This document shows, piece after piece, positions 39,531-49,588 of a stretch of DNA of 64,000 bases (its first letter is position 1; the number at the start of each line of letters is the position of its first letter). The notes under the pieces are model-generated. The model made no database searches, had not been told where the DNA came from, and saw only the letters and a list, made by a program, of their open reading frames with translations. The position numbers and the translations under genes are program-made. The DNA is taken from assembly GCA_037142615.1 (NCBI GenBank), contig JBAXAI010000015.1, positions 24,986 through 88,985 of the forward strand, read 5' to 3'. The stretch is from Spirochaetales bacterium (lineage in GTDB: Bacteria > Spirochaetota > Spirochaetia > JABEVK01).

Positions 39531-40457
39531 TCAGTCCGATCCGGGGAGCTGGTTCAGGTCGTAGGGAGTCAGTTGGTACACGTAGTAGTTCAACCAGTTC
39601 GCGTAGAGCAGGTGCGCGTGCGACTTCCAGGTTACACCGGGCTCCTTGGTCGGGTCGTCGGCCGGGAAGTAGTGGCGTGGCACCTCGATGGGCAACCCCT
39701 TGGCGACGTCACGGTCGTACTCGGCCTTGAGCGTGAAGCGCTCGTATTCCGGGTGACCCGTGACGAACACCCGGCGTCCATCCTCGGAAACAATGAGGTA
39801 CACCCCGGACTCTGCGGATTCGGCGACCAGGCGCAGGCCCTTGGCCCTTACCACATCGTCGCGCCGGATGGAGGTGTGCCGCGAATGCGGCGCCGGAAAC
39901 TGCTCGTCGAATCCGCGCACGATAGGCTCGTGTGTCTCGCGGATCTCGTGCAAAAAGACGCCGAAATCTTTTTTCGGCAGCGGATACTTCTGGATGCCGT
40001 AGTGCCGGTAGAGCCCGGCTTGAGCGCCCCAGCAGATGTGCATCGTTGAGAAAACGTTGGTCGTGCTCCAGTCGAGGATGGCGGTCATTTCCGGCCAGTA
40101 GTCCACCTCTTCGAAGGCAAGGTTCTCGACCGGAGCGCCGGTGATCACCAGGCCGTCAAAACGCTGGTGGCGGATCTTGTCAAACGTGGAGTAGAACGAC
40201 TCCAGATGTTCTGACGGTGTGTTCTTGGACTCGTGCGAGCCCATGTGGAGCAGAGTGATCTCGACCTGAAGCGAAGTGTTGCCCAGCAGGCGCAACAACT
40301 GCGTTTCGGTTTGGATCTTGGTAGGCATCAGGTTGAGCACGGCGATCCGGAGCGGACGGATGTCCTGCTTGGCGGCCCGCAACTCCGACATGACGAAGAT
40401 GTTCTCTTGTTCCAAAAGCTCGCGGGCGGGAAGATTGCTGGGAATCTTGACGGGCAT
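39531..40457 (-). CDS. metA: Homoserine O-acyltransferase MetA (probably acetyl-type)
   Basis: [24 protein letters not shown]. Confidence 0.96.
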   Translation of the reverse strand: MPVKIPSNLPARELLEQENIFVMSELRAAKQDIRPLRIAVLNLMPTKIQTETQLLRLLGNTSLQVEITLLHMGSHESKNTPSEHLESFYSTFDKIRHQRFDGLVITGAPVENLAFEEVDYWPEMTAILDWSTTNVFSTMHICWGAQAGLYRHYGIQKYPLPKKDFGVFLHEIRETHEPIVRGFDEQFPAPHSRHTSIRRDDVVRAKGLRLVAESAESGVYLIVSEDGRRVFVTGHPEYERFTLKAEYDRDVAKGLPIEVPRHYFPADDPTKEPGVTWKSHAHLLYANWLNYYVYQLTPYDLNQLPGSD

Positions 40458-40533
40458 GGATCACCTCCGTGCTGACGAGGTTAGAACCTAGGGCCCAACC
40501 ACGTCAAGCACGGCAACGAAGCCCGGCAAGCCG

Positions 40534-41448
40534 CTAGACAAAAAGCCCGTCGATCGACAGGTACCTTTCGCCAGTGTCGTAGTTGAAGGTCAGCACCCTG
40601 GCTCCTTCTGGAATCTCGGCCAGCTTCTTGGCTACAGCCGCCAGCGAAGCCCCCGAAGAAATGCCGATGAACAGGCCTTCTTCTCGCGCCGCACGCACCG
40701 TGTAGTCAAAGGCCTCTTCCTTGGTCACCGTGATCACGCCGTCGAGGACTTCCCTGTGCAGGTTGGCTGGCACAAACCCCGCGCCAATGCCCTGGATCGG
40801 GTGCGGGCTCGGCTGTCCGCCCGAGATCACCGGCGAAGCGGCGGGTTCCACGGCAAACACCTTGAGTTTGGGAAACTTCGGCTTGAGGATTTCGGCCACA
40901 CCCGTGATATGCCCGCCGGTACCGACGCCGGTGATGAGGTAGTCGAGCCCCTCGGGGAAGTCGGCCAGGATCTCGGCGGCCGTGGTGCGCTGGTGCACTT
41001 CAACGTTGGCGGGATTTTCAAACTGCTGGGGGATCCACGAGTCCGGAATCTGCTCGTGAAGTTCGGAGGCCCGTGCGATGGCCCCCTTCATGCCCTTTTC
41101 GCGCGGGGTGAGGTCAAACTGCGCGCCGTAGGCGGCCATGAGGCGGCGGCGTTCCACCGACATGGACTCCGGCATCACCAGGATGATTTTGTAGCCCTTG
41201 ACCGCCGCCACGAGGGCCAGTCCAATGCCGGTGTTGCCAGAGGTCGGCTCAATGATGGTGGTGGACTTTTTCAGAACGCCCTTTTTTTCGGCGTCTTCGA
41301 TCATCGCCAGGGCGATGCGGTCTTTGATGCTGCCACCGGGGTTACTTTTTTCGAGTTTGACCCAAACCTGGTGTTTGTCGCCAAACAGGCGGTTAATGCG
41401 AACGTGGTGGGTATTGCCGATGGTTTCGAGGATTGAGTTGACTTTCAT
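40534..41448 (-). CDS. cysK: Cysteine synthase A
   Basis: [38 protein letters not shown]. Confidence 0.97.
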   Translation of the reverse strand: MKVNSILETIGNTHHVRINRLFGDKHQVWVKLEKSNPGGSIKDRIALAMIEDAEKKGVLKKSTTIIEPTSGNTGIGLALVAAVKGYKIILVMPESMSVERRRLMAAYGAQFDLTPREKGMKGAIARASELHEQIPDSWIPQQFENPANVEVHQRTTAAEILADFPEGLDYLITGVGTGGHITGVAEILKPKFPKLKVFAVEPAASPVISGGQPSPHPIQGIGAGFVPANLHREVLDGVITVTKEEAFDYTVRAAREEGLFIGISSGASLAAVAKKLAEIPEGARVLTFNYDTGERYLSIDGLFV

Positions 41449-41504
41449 TCACCCAAGCTACCCGTGAATCCGGATTCGGTCAATACCCACGTATGTCAAT
41501 TGAC

Positions 41505-41993
41505 TTACTTGCCGAGAAGTTTCTTCACTTCGTCTTCGCTCACAGCAACCCAGGTCTGGGTGCGGCCGATGAACGCGAAGCCGATGTAGCCGCGCATGTC
41601 GAGCTTGGTGGCGTTGGCGATCACCTTGACTTCGCAGCCATAGACGTCGGCCTTGTCGTTGCCCACGTCAACAATGGTACCTCCGCCCCACGAGTCGGCC
41701 CCCGACTTCTTGAGCCCCTTCATCCACAGCGTTCCCCACACGGGCAGGCCGTTGTATTCCTTCTTCTTGGAAACGTAGATCTTGGTGGGCGACTCATCCG
41801 GTACAAAGACGATGGCGCCTTGCAGCTCCCCTGCCGAAGTGACCGACAACTTCCAGATGGCCGTCACCTTCCCTTCCTCTCCCTTGACGTCGCTGATGCT
41901 TTTCCAGTAACCGACGGCCTTGTCGGCTTGGTCGGCAAACAAACCAGTAGCCCCGGCTACCAGCAGAACTCCGAGAATGACAATGAATCGCAT
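41505..41993 (-). CDS. DUF2147-like secreted protein
   Basis: Signal peptide, GYWKS, WGGGTIVD, MRGYIG...GRTQTW. Confidence 0.8.
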   Translation of the reverse strand: MRFIVILGVLLVAGATGLFADQADKAVGYWKSISDVKGEEGKVTAIWKLSVTSAGELQGAIVFVPDESPTKIYVSKKKEYNGLPVWGTLWMKGLKKSGADSWGGGTIVDVGNDKADVYGCEVKVIANATKLDMRGYIGFAFIGRTQTWVAVSEDEVKKLLGK

Positions 41994-42053
41994 GAATTCC
42001 TCCGGGTTCCTATCCTATACCCAAATCGGCGAAACTCCAGTATTATTGCGAGC

Positions 42054-42830
42054 ATGAAAGTTTTGATCGTCGGCTACGGCCGTATGGGCCACGAGGTCGA
42101 GTCTGCCCTGCTCCAGCGGGGCCACCAGGTGGTCGCCCGTATCGACCGTAGTCCAGGGTTAGGGGACGCCACCGAGCTGAGTTCCGAGCTCCTTCGATCG
42201 GCCGACGCCGCCATCGAGTTTTCGCTCCCGGAAGGTGTGGTCGACAACATCCGCAGCTACGCCCAAGCAGGAGTACCGGCGGTGATCGGAACCACAGGAT
42301 GGGAAGCCCACCGGGAGGAAGCCCGCGCCGTCGTCGAAGGCAACAAGGCCTCGCTCGTGTACGGTTCGAACTTTTCACTGGGAGCTCACTTGTTCTTCCG
42401 GCTGGTCGGGCAGGCGGCGGCCATGATTCAGGAACTGCCGGAATACGACATTCTGCTCACCGAATGGCACCACAAGCTGAAAAAAGACTCCCCATCGGGG
42501 ACAGCCCTGACCACGGCCTCGCGTATTTTGGCCTCGCTTCCACGGAAAACCTCGCTGGTGACCGACAGGCTCGACCGCGCCATTGAGCCTCACGAGCTGC
42601 ACGTGGCCTCGGTGCGCGGCGGCTCGATTCCTGGCATCCACCAGGTGCTTCTCGATTCCGTGGCCGACACGGTCGAAATCACCCACACCGCGCGCAGCCG
42701 TTCGGGATTCGCCCTCGGGGCCGTGCTGGCCGCCGAGTGGCTCACCTCGACCCGCAAGACCGGCTTTTTGTCGGTAGATGAGTTTGCCCAAGAGTTTTTT
42801 GCAGCAACGACCCCCGGGAGGCAGGCATGA
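42054..42830 (+). CDS. dapB: 4-hydroxy-tetrahydrodipicolinate reductase
   Basis: GYGRMG, IGTTG, EWHHKLKKDSPSGTA, FALGA. Confidence 0.95.
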   Translation: MKVLIVGYGRMGHEVESALLQRGHQVVARIDRSPGLGDATELSSELLRSADAAIEFSLPEGVVDNIRSYAQAGVPAVIGTTGWEAHREEARAVVEGNKASLVYGSNFSLGAHLFFRLVGQAAAMIQELPEYDILLTEWHHKLKKDSPSGTALTTASRILASLPRKTSLVTDRLDRAIEPHELHVASVRGGSIPGIHQVLLDSVADTVEITHTARSRSGFALGAVLAAEWLTSTRKTGFLSVDEFAQEFFAATTPGRQA

Positions 42831-43705
42831 AGTGGCAAGGTGTCTATACAGCGCTGGTAACGCCCTTTGACGCGCGCGGCAAGGTGGACGAACCTGCCCT
42901 TCAAGCGCTGGTCGAAGCGCAGATCGCGGCAGGAATCACCGGGTTGGTCCCGATGGGAACGACCGGCGAGAGCCCCACGCTCAGCCACGAGGAGCACCTC
43001 GAAGTGATCGGCAAGGTCGTCAAGTGGACGGCTGGGAGGGTGCCGGTCATCGCAGGAACCGGGTCCAACTCGACCGACGAAGCGCTTATGCTCACGCGGC
43101 GCGCCAAGGATCTGGGGGCCTCGGCCAGCCTCCAGGTGGTTCCTTACTACAATCGCCCCAACCAGGAAGGCCTGTACCGGCACTTTCTTGCTCTCGCCGA
43201 ACAGGTCGATCTGCCCATGATCATCTACAACATTCCTGGCCGCTCCGGGAAGAACCTCGAGACCGATACCCTGATGCGGCTGGCAGTCCATCCACACGTG
43301 GTGGGTGTCAAGGAAGCCTCTGGAGACCTCGGCCAGATGATGGAGGTGCTCGCGCGCCGGCCGTCCGGGTTCTCGGTGCTCTCGGGCGACGACAACCTGG
43401 CCTTTCCCTTGGCCGCGTTGGGTGGCGACGGCGTCATTTCGGTGGTCAGCCACCTGATTCCCCAGGCCATGGTCGAGTTGTGCCGCCTGACAATCGCCGG
43501 TGACTTGGCGACTGCCCGCGCCCTGCACTTCCGTTGGCTGCCCGTGATGAAGGCCATGTTCCTCGACACCAACCCCATCCCGGTGAAGACGGCCTTGGCG
43601 TTGCAGGGCAAGATGCAGGAAACGTTCCGCCTGCCGATGTGCCCCATGGATGAGGCGAAGCGACAGCAGCTGACCCGGGTACTTCGCGAAGCGGGGCTTC
43701 TATGA
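42827..43705 (+). CDS. dapA: 4-hydroxy-tetrahydrodipicolinate synthase
   Basis: GTTGES, PYYNRP, YNIPGR, GVKEASG, NPIPVK. Confidence 0.97.
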   Translation: MKWQGVYTALVTPFDARGKVDEPALQALVEAQIAAGITGLVPMGTTGESPTLSHEEHLEVIGKVVKWTAGRVPVIAGTGSNSTDEALMLTRRAKDLGASASLQVVPYYNRPNQEGLYRHFLALAEQVDLPMIIYNIPGRSGKNLETDTLMRLAVHPHVVGVKEASGDLGQMMEVLARRPSGFSVLSGDDNLAFPLAALGGDGVISVVSHLIPQAMVELCRLTIAGDLATARALHFRWLPVMKAMFLDTNPIPVKTALALQGKMQETFRLPMCPMDEAKRQQLTRVLREAGLL

Positions 43706-44364
43706 GACTCGACCTGTTCCGCGTCGCTGCTTCTGTCGCTCTTATTCTGACGCTTTCAGTCAGCCTTTCGGCGGCTGACCTGGCCGGCCGTGTGATGTTC
43801 CTCGAAGGCGATGTGACCGTGAACGGCAAGGCCGTCGACACCGGTGACCGGCTGGCGGGCGCAAGCCTGATCCGTACGGGCAAGGCCTCCGAGATCGAAG
43901 TGGTGTTCGCCGACCAGAATGTGTTCCGGCTGGGGCCCAGCTCGGTGCTGAAGGTCGACTTCCAAAACGAGCGCAAGACCGTCGTTCTCGACAAGGGACT
44001 GTTCACGGCTGTGCTGCGAAAATTGGCCAAGGTGGCGGGGGATCCTTCGTTCGTGTTGAAGACCCCCACTGTGGTCGCGGGTGTGCGCGGCACGAGTTTT
44101 CACGTCACCACCGACGGCAACAACACTTACTTCTGCACCTGCAACGGCAGCGTCGCCCTGACGCCCGACGGTTCAAACCAACTTCTTGACCTGACCAATG
44201 CCCACCATGGCTCTCGCATCTTTACCCGCGAGGCCAACGGCAGCATTTCCGTTGTGCCCGGAGGCCTTCAGGACCACACCGACGCAACGGTGGAAAGTCT
44301 TGCCAAGCTCATCGGGGCAACCCTTGACTGGTCGAAACCAGACCTGTCGAGCCATACACCCTGA
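43702..44364 (+). CDS. FecR-domain secreted protein
   Basis: Signal peptide, IRTG...S, KTPTVVAGVRGTSF. Confidence 0.85.
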   Translation: MRLDLFRVAASVALILTLSVSLSAADLAGRVMFLEGDVTVNGKAVDTGDRLAGASLIRTGKASEIEVVFADQNVFRLGPSSVLKVDFQNERKTVVLDKGLFTAVLRKLAKVAGDPSFVLKTPTVVAGVRGTSFHVTTDGNNTYFCTCNGSVALTPDGSNQLLDLTNAHHGSRIFTREANGSISVVPGGLQDHTDATVESLAKLIGATLDWSKPDLSSHTP

Positions 44365-45202
44365 CAAACTCTTCCACGGTAAGCGTTTCGGCTCGGCGGC
44401 CCAGGTCGATTCCCTGACCGAGGAAGGCATTCTTGAGGGCGTCGTCGGTAAGCCTCAGCGCGGCGGCGGCGCCTGGCAGGTTATTTCGCAGGGTCTTTCG
44501 GCGGCTGGAAAAACACTCCCGAACCAACACCGAGAACAGCTTGTGGTCCAGTTCGGGCCACTTTTGGTGCGGCACCAGCTTTACAACCCGGCTCGTGACT
44601 TCGGGTGCCGGGTAGAAGGAACCCGGCTTGAGAACCAGCACGTCGGTCAAGCCGAACACCGACTGGCAAAGCACCGAGAAGCTTGAATAGTTTTTGGTTC
44701 CCACCGTGGCCGTCATCCGGTCGGCCATTTCTTTCTGCACCGTGACCACGAGGACCTGCGGAAAATACCCCCCCTCGACGAAGTCGGCAACAATGGCACT
44801 CGCCGCGTTGTACGGCAGGTTCCCGACGCACTTGAGTCCGGGGCTGCGGGCCTCAGGTTCCAGGGCGCCGCGCCAGGTCTTAATCACGTCACCTTCCAGC
44901 AGCGTGAAGCCCGCAGGTGAATCACCGAACTCCTCACGGAGGAAGACCGCGTAACCGGGGTCAATTTCAAACACCGTGAGGGGGTGCCCGGCTTCGACCA
45001 GGTGGTGAGTCAGCGCGCCGAGGCCTGGACCAACTTCCCAAACGGGCTCACCCGGCTGAAGGTCGAGAGCGGCCACGATCTGGGCGCGCGCGCCGGGGTT
45101 GATCAAAAAGTTCTGGCCCCACCGCTTGAGGGCGTTGAAGCCCCGCGAGTCGAGGAAGGCCTGAAGGTCCGTCGGAGAGTCGTAACGCAGGGAAACGGGC
45201 AT
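44309..45202 (-). CDS. rsmA: 16S rRNA dimethyltransferase RsmA/KsgA (in frame with upstream ComEC)
   Basis: WGQNFL, EVGPGLGALT, GNLPYN, VQKEMADR, RRKTLRNN. Confidence 0.95.
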   Translation of the reverse strand: MPVSLRYDSPTDLQAFLDSRGFNALKRWGQNFLINPGARAQIVAALDLQPGEPVWEVGPGLGALTHHLVEAGHPLTVFEIDPGYAVFLREEFGDSPAGFTLLEGDVIKTWRGALEPEARSPGLKCVGNLPYNAASAIVADFVEGGYFPQVLVVTVQKEMADRMTATVGTKNYSSFSVLCQSVFGLTDVLVLKPGSFYPAPEVTSRVVKLVPHQKWPELDHKLFSVLVRECFSSRRKTLRNNLPGAAAALRLTDDALKNAFLGQGIDLGRRAETLTVEEFVRVYGSTGLVSTSQGLPR

Positions 45203-46606
45203 CGGGCCACCTCTGTGGTGCCTGTTATAGAGAAAAACTCCCAACCTGCCAAGGGCTGCGGCACCGGCGCAGAGGGCAACCAGAGGCCCCGAGAGGGCCG
45301 GCCAGCCAGCGCCCCAACCCGTGAGGCCAAAAATCAGGTCGTAAAGGAAGCGCATGAGCTCGGGAACCCAGGGCAAGAAGCCGAGCAGACCCGCCAAACC
45401 AAGCCCGAGCACCGCCAGGGTCAGGAACAGGTAAAGGTTGGTGAGCGCAACCAAAGGGGCCGAAAGCAAGAGCCCGGTCCAGTGCACTTCGCCAAACAAA
45501 CCGACGGTCAGGGGCAACGTCGCCACGAGGGCCGCCACCGAGGAACCGAGCGTAGCCCCACCCCACCGTCCCATCCAAGGCCGAAGTGCCCACTCGCAGC
45601 GCCTCGACCACAACGACAGTCCCAGCATAGAAAGGAACGACAGTTGCAGCGAAAGGGTGCCCGCCATTTCGGGCCACAGGCAAACGGTCAGCAGAAACGA
45701 TTGCGCCAGCAAGTCCAGCGGGTCGGGTCGGCCCAGGTTCAGGCGCACCAAACCGTCGGCCAGCGCCATCATCCAAGCGCGGTAGAGCGACGGAATCGGC
45801 CCCGCCAGCAGGCAGAACGCTCCCAGAACGGCCTGAGTGACCAGCAGCACCACCAGCGGCGGAGCACGACGTCGTAGCGCGCCCGCCAGAACCAGCGCCA
45901 GCAAGCTCAGGTGCATCCCCGACAGCGCAAGCACGTGGCTGCAACCCGCATCGCGGAAGCTGGCCTTCTCGGCCGTCGTCAGGTCATCCACCGCGCCGAG
46001 TACCAGTGCCTCGCCCAGCGCCGCGCTCGGCTCGTCGAGGAAGGACAAAACGGCAAAAAACCTGCTGCGGGCCGCGTACCTCCATTCCTGCCAGTCGGTC
46101 TCCCAACCCGCGGTCGAGCCTTGCCTCCAGCGTAGTTCTGCCCCTTCGAGCGTCCCCTTCCAAGTCAGCTTTTGGCCCCATCCGGGTGAAGGCCCCCGGT
46201 AGTTTCGCACCGTCACGAGGGCGTAGGCCGGTCCCGAGCCCTGCTCCGAAGCGACGCTGTCGATCCGAAGCTGAAACCGCGACTCGCCGCTGCGGCTCAG
46301 GGGAGCCTCGCGGGAAACAACGCCGGTCCCTTCGAAAATGCTCGAGATTGGCACGGGATAGCTTTCCTTCCGGTCCAGCTCAGGACGCACTCCCCAGAAA
46401 GCTGCGATCGTGGCCCCAGCCAACAGCAGCGCCGTCCAGCGGCCAGGGCGTTCCAAATGCCGCGCCAGCAACGCCGTGAGCCCAGCGAGGGCCAGCGCGA
46501 GGACGACAACCAGCGGCCACCACGGACCGACGTACAGCGCGGGAAGGGCACAAGCCGTGAGGAAAGTCCAGGGGTGAAGGGAAACCAGCGTTTGGAGGCC
46601 GCTCAT
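45203..46606 (-). CDS. comEC: ComEC/Rec2 competence membrane protein with no stop before rsmA
   Basis: AGCSHVLALSGMH, PSLYRA, LQLSF; multiple TM segments. Confidence 0.88.
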
Positions 46607-46638
46607 ACCTCCCTAACGGGGCACGCGCGTGCTTTGCT

Positions 46639-47688
46639 TCAACCGACGCCGGGAATAATCTTCTTGGAGAGCTTGTCTTTGCGCTCCTCGAAGATGTCGT
46701 ACACGTAGGTCAGAATGGTGTTGCGGTACTTGTCCGAAACTGTGCCCGCCTGCATGTGCAGGATGGATCGGTTCTTCTTTTCGTCGTACGTGATGCCCTT
46801 GATGATGCCGCTCATGGTGACCATCTGATTCTGAAGTTCCACCTGAACCTTCATCGCCAGGCCAACCTTCGCCTTGCCCCCCACCAGCAGGGAACAGCCG
46901 TCTTCCGAAAGGTCCACCAACCGGCCTCGGTAGCCCGAAGCACGCTCGACGTTTTCGTTGGCCAGATTGATGTTGGCGAGATTAAAAATCGAGCAGGGCA
47001 GGTCGCACTCGATACGGATCGACCCCCGCTTTTGACTGCGGATGAGGTTGTCCGAATGGGCCAGGTAAAGAATCGGGAACTTGCGGTTGAGAAAGTCGTC
47101 GAGCACTTTCGACTCGAAGTAGTAGCCGGCGTCTTCGGCCCGCCAAAAATACACGTTGACGCGCTGGTTCTTCCAGGTGAAACCGGGGGGCATGGATTTG
47201 CCCACGGGATACGAAACGGCCATGTACTTGCGCAGGTTCTCGACGATGGTGGAGTGGAACGTAGCACCACCGGTAAGCGTGATGCGGATGCGCTGGTTGG
47301 CCATGAGCTCACGGCTGGACTTGATCCCGTTCTTGTAGCGTGGCAAGTTGAACTCGACGCGCTTGCGAAACTCAAAGATCTCGGCCAAAAAATAGTTGGT
47401 TGAGGGTTCTTCCATTTTCTGGCGGGCGCGGAAGTTGGTGATCAGCGTGCGGATGGTGCGGTCCAGGATCTTGACCGACGAGAAGATGACCACGGGGTTG
47501 ACCATCCGGGCCTCGACGGCGGCCTTGCGAAGCGTGTTGATTTCGGAGATTTTGAACCCCGACTCTTTTCCTTTGGCGTAGAACGCCAGCCACGGAAAGC
47601 CTAGCCCGCCATTGGTGGCAAGCCACGCAATGAAACCGAGCAGCATCAGAATCGCGAGAATGGTCGGTATCAGCCACAGAAATAACAT
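46639..47688 (-). CDS. PilZ-domain flagellar-brake-like protein
   Basis: N-terminal TM, QKRGSIR and DLSEDGC PilZ motifs. Confidence 0.85.
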   Translation of the reverse strand: MLFLWLIPTILAILMLLGFIAWLATNGGLGFPWLAFYAKGKESGFKISEINTLRKAAVEARMVNPVVIFSSVKILDRTIRTLITNFRARQKMEEPSTNYFLAEIFEFRKRVEFNLPRYKNGIKSSRELMANQRIRITLTGGATFHSTIVENLRKYMAVSYPVGKSMPPGFTWKNQRVNVYFWRAEDAGYYFESKVLDDFLNRKFPILYLAHSDNLIRSQKRGSIRIECDLPCSIFNLANINLANENVERASGYRGRLVDLSEDGCSLLVGGKAKVGLAMKVQVELQNQMVTMSGIIKGITYDEKKNRSILHMQAGTVSDKYRNTILTYVYDIFEERKDKLSKKIIPGVG

Positions 47689-47732
47689 GAATCTCTATCG
47701 TATCCCCGTGGAAAATCTTGTCAAGTCTGTGG

Positions 47733-48713
47733 TCAGCTTTTCCGGTTGCTGCTGAACAACCGCTGGAAAAAGTTCGGTTTTGGGCCACCTTCTTCCACGA
47801 AACGCCCCATCGACATGAACTTGGCCATGCGCTCACGCGCCAACTGCTCGCCGGTCTTGGTCTCCAGACGCTTCAGCGAGTCCAGGATCTGAGCTTTAAT
47901 GTTCGCTGCGGCGACCACGTGGTCGGCATGGGCGCCCCCCTCTGGTTCGGGAACAATGCCATCCACAATGCCAAACGCGAGAAGATCGGAAGGCAAAAGT
48001 TTCAACTGGGCGGCGGCTTCGGGCGCTTTGCTCGGGTCTCGGAGCAAAATCGAGGCGCAACCTTCCGGACTGATGACCGTGTAGAACGAGTTTTCGAGCA
48101 TGAACACTTCGTTGCCCACGGCAATCCCGATGGCACCGCCGGAACCGCCCTCGCCGATGATGAAACAGATGACGGGGGCCTTGAGCATCGCAAACTCTTT
48201 CAGGTTGCGCGCAATGGCCTCGCTGATGCCACGTTCCTCCGAGGCGATGCCCGGATACGCACCGGCCGTGTCGATGAAGGTCACGACGGGGCGACCGAAC
48301 TTTTCGGCTTGCTTTGCCAGGCGCAAAGCCTTGCGATAGCCTTCGGGATGGGCCCAGCCGTAGTTGCGACGGATGTTTTCCTTCATGTTGCGGCCCTTCT
48401 GGTGGCCAATGAAGGTGACCGCACGGCCGTCCAGGAGCCCCACCCCGCCCACCATGGCAGCATCGTCGCCAAAGTAGCGGTCCCCATGGAACTCCATGAA
48501 GCTCTCGGTGATGGCGGCGATGATTTCGAGGGTGGTCGGACGGTCGGCGTGGCGGGCCAGCTGGATCTTCTTCCAGAGGTCCTGGGGACTCAGGCGACCA
48601 CCGTCGTTGATCTTTTCCTGCAGGCGCTTCAGATCGCTTTCAATGTCGACGCTGCTCTTTTCGGCGAGGGACTGCAGTTCCTGGATCTTCTTCTGGATCT
48701 CGTTGGTTTCCAT
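47733..48713 (-). CDS. accA: Acetyl-CoA carboxylase carboxyltransferase alpha
   Basis: ARHADRP, PEGYRKA, IDTAGAYPG, EGGSGGA. Confidence 0.97.
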   Translation of the reverse strand: METNEIQKKIQELQSLAEKSSVDIESDLKRLQEKINDGGRLSPQDLWKKIQLARHADRPTTLEIIAAITESFMEFHGDRYFGDDAAMVGGVGLLDGRAVTFIGHQKGRNMKENIRRNYGWAHPEGYRKALRLAKQAEKFGRPVVTFIDTAGAYPGIASEERGISEAIARNLKEFAMLKAPVICFIIGEGGSGGAIGIAVGNEVFMLENSFYTVISPEGCASILLRDPSKAPEAAAQLKLLPSDLLAFGIVDGIVPEPEGGAHADHVVAAANIKAQILDSLKRLETKTGEQLARERMAKFMSMGRFVEEGGPKPNFFQRLFSSNRKS

Positions 48714-49588
48714 TAGCGCACCTTCAGGTGGTTGGAGTGGGTGTCGACAAGAAAGGCCAGGGTCTTCTTGAGCTCGACGCGGGGCACGATGGCGTCGACG
48801 AAGCCTTTGGCCAGTTGGAACTCCGACTTTTGGAAGCCTTCGGGGAGTTTTTGGCGAATGGTTGACTCGATCACACGGGGACCGGCAAAGCCGATGGCGG
48901 CCCCCGGTTCGGCGAGGATGACGTCGCCCAACATGGCAAAGCTCGCCGTGACCCCACCATAGGTCGGGTCGGTCAGCACGGTGAAAAGCGGCACCTGAGC
49001 CATTTCCAGCTGCGCGATCGCCGCGCTGGTTTTGGCCATTTGCATCAGGCTAAAGATGCCTTCCTGCATGCGCATGCCACCCGAAGTGGTGAACAGCACC
49101 ACCGGCAGGCGCTTCTCGACGCCGGCCATCAGGGCCCGTGTCAGCTTTTCGCCGGCAACGGATCCCATGGAGCCACCCATGAACTTGAAGTTCATGATCG
49201 AGATGATGACCTTGCGGCCGTCGATCTGAGCCAAGCCGTTGGTCACCGAGTCACCAGGACCGGAAGAGTTGCGGGCTTCGGAAAGCTTGCCCTCATAACC
49301 CGGAAAGCCGATGGGGTTCACGCTGTCGATTTCCTGGCCGAACTCGACCCAGGTGTCGGCGTCAGCAAGGCTCTTGATGCGCTCGACGGCCGTGATGCGG
49401 TAGTGATGGTTGCATTTGGGGCAACAAAACAGATTGGCTTCGAGCTCGCCCACTTCGAGGTGCTCATGGCAGGACGGACAAGAATGCTTTTGCGCCACCA
49501 GACGCCGTTCGTCGGCATCGGGAGTGTTGCGGGGAACCGGTTGTTGCTTGAGGAACATCCGATCGCGCAGGGCTTGAAACAGCGCCAT
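48713..49588 (-). CDS. accD: Acetyl-CoA carboxylase carboxyltransferase beta
   Basis: C4 zinc finger, FMGGSMG, GGMRMQEG, GFAGPRVI. Confidence 0.97.
   Translation of the reverse strand: MALFQALRDRMFLKQQPVPRNTPDADERRLVAQKHSCPSCHEHLEVGELEANLFCCPKCNHHYRITAVERIKSLADADTWVEFGQEIDSVNPIGFPGYEGKLSEARNSSGPGDSVTNGLAQIDGRKVIISIMNFKFMGGSMGSVAGEKLTRALMAGVEKRLPVVLFTTSGGMRMQEGIFSLMQMAKTSAAIAQLEMAQVPLFTVLTDPTYGGVTASFAMLGDVILAEPGAAIGFAGPRVIESTIRQKLPEGFQKSEFQLAKGFVDAIVPRVELKKTLAFLVDTHSNHLKVR

Noticed and set aside
41493-42053. Extended N-termini in the ORF track for dapB (likewise ribA, hemerythrin, GH20, yadS and 55928-57670)
   Set aside because: The extensions overlap other genes or promoters; downstream ATGs match the family starts.
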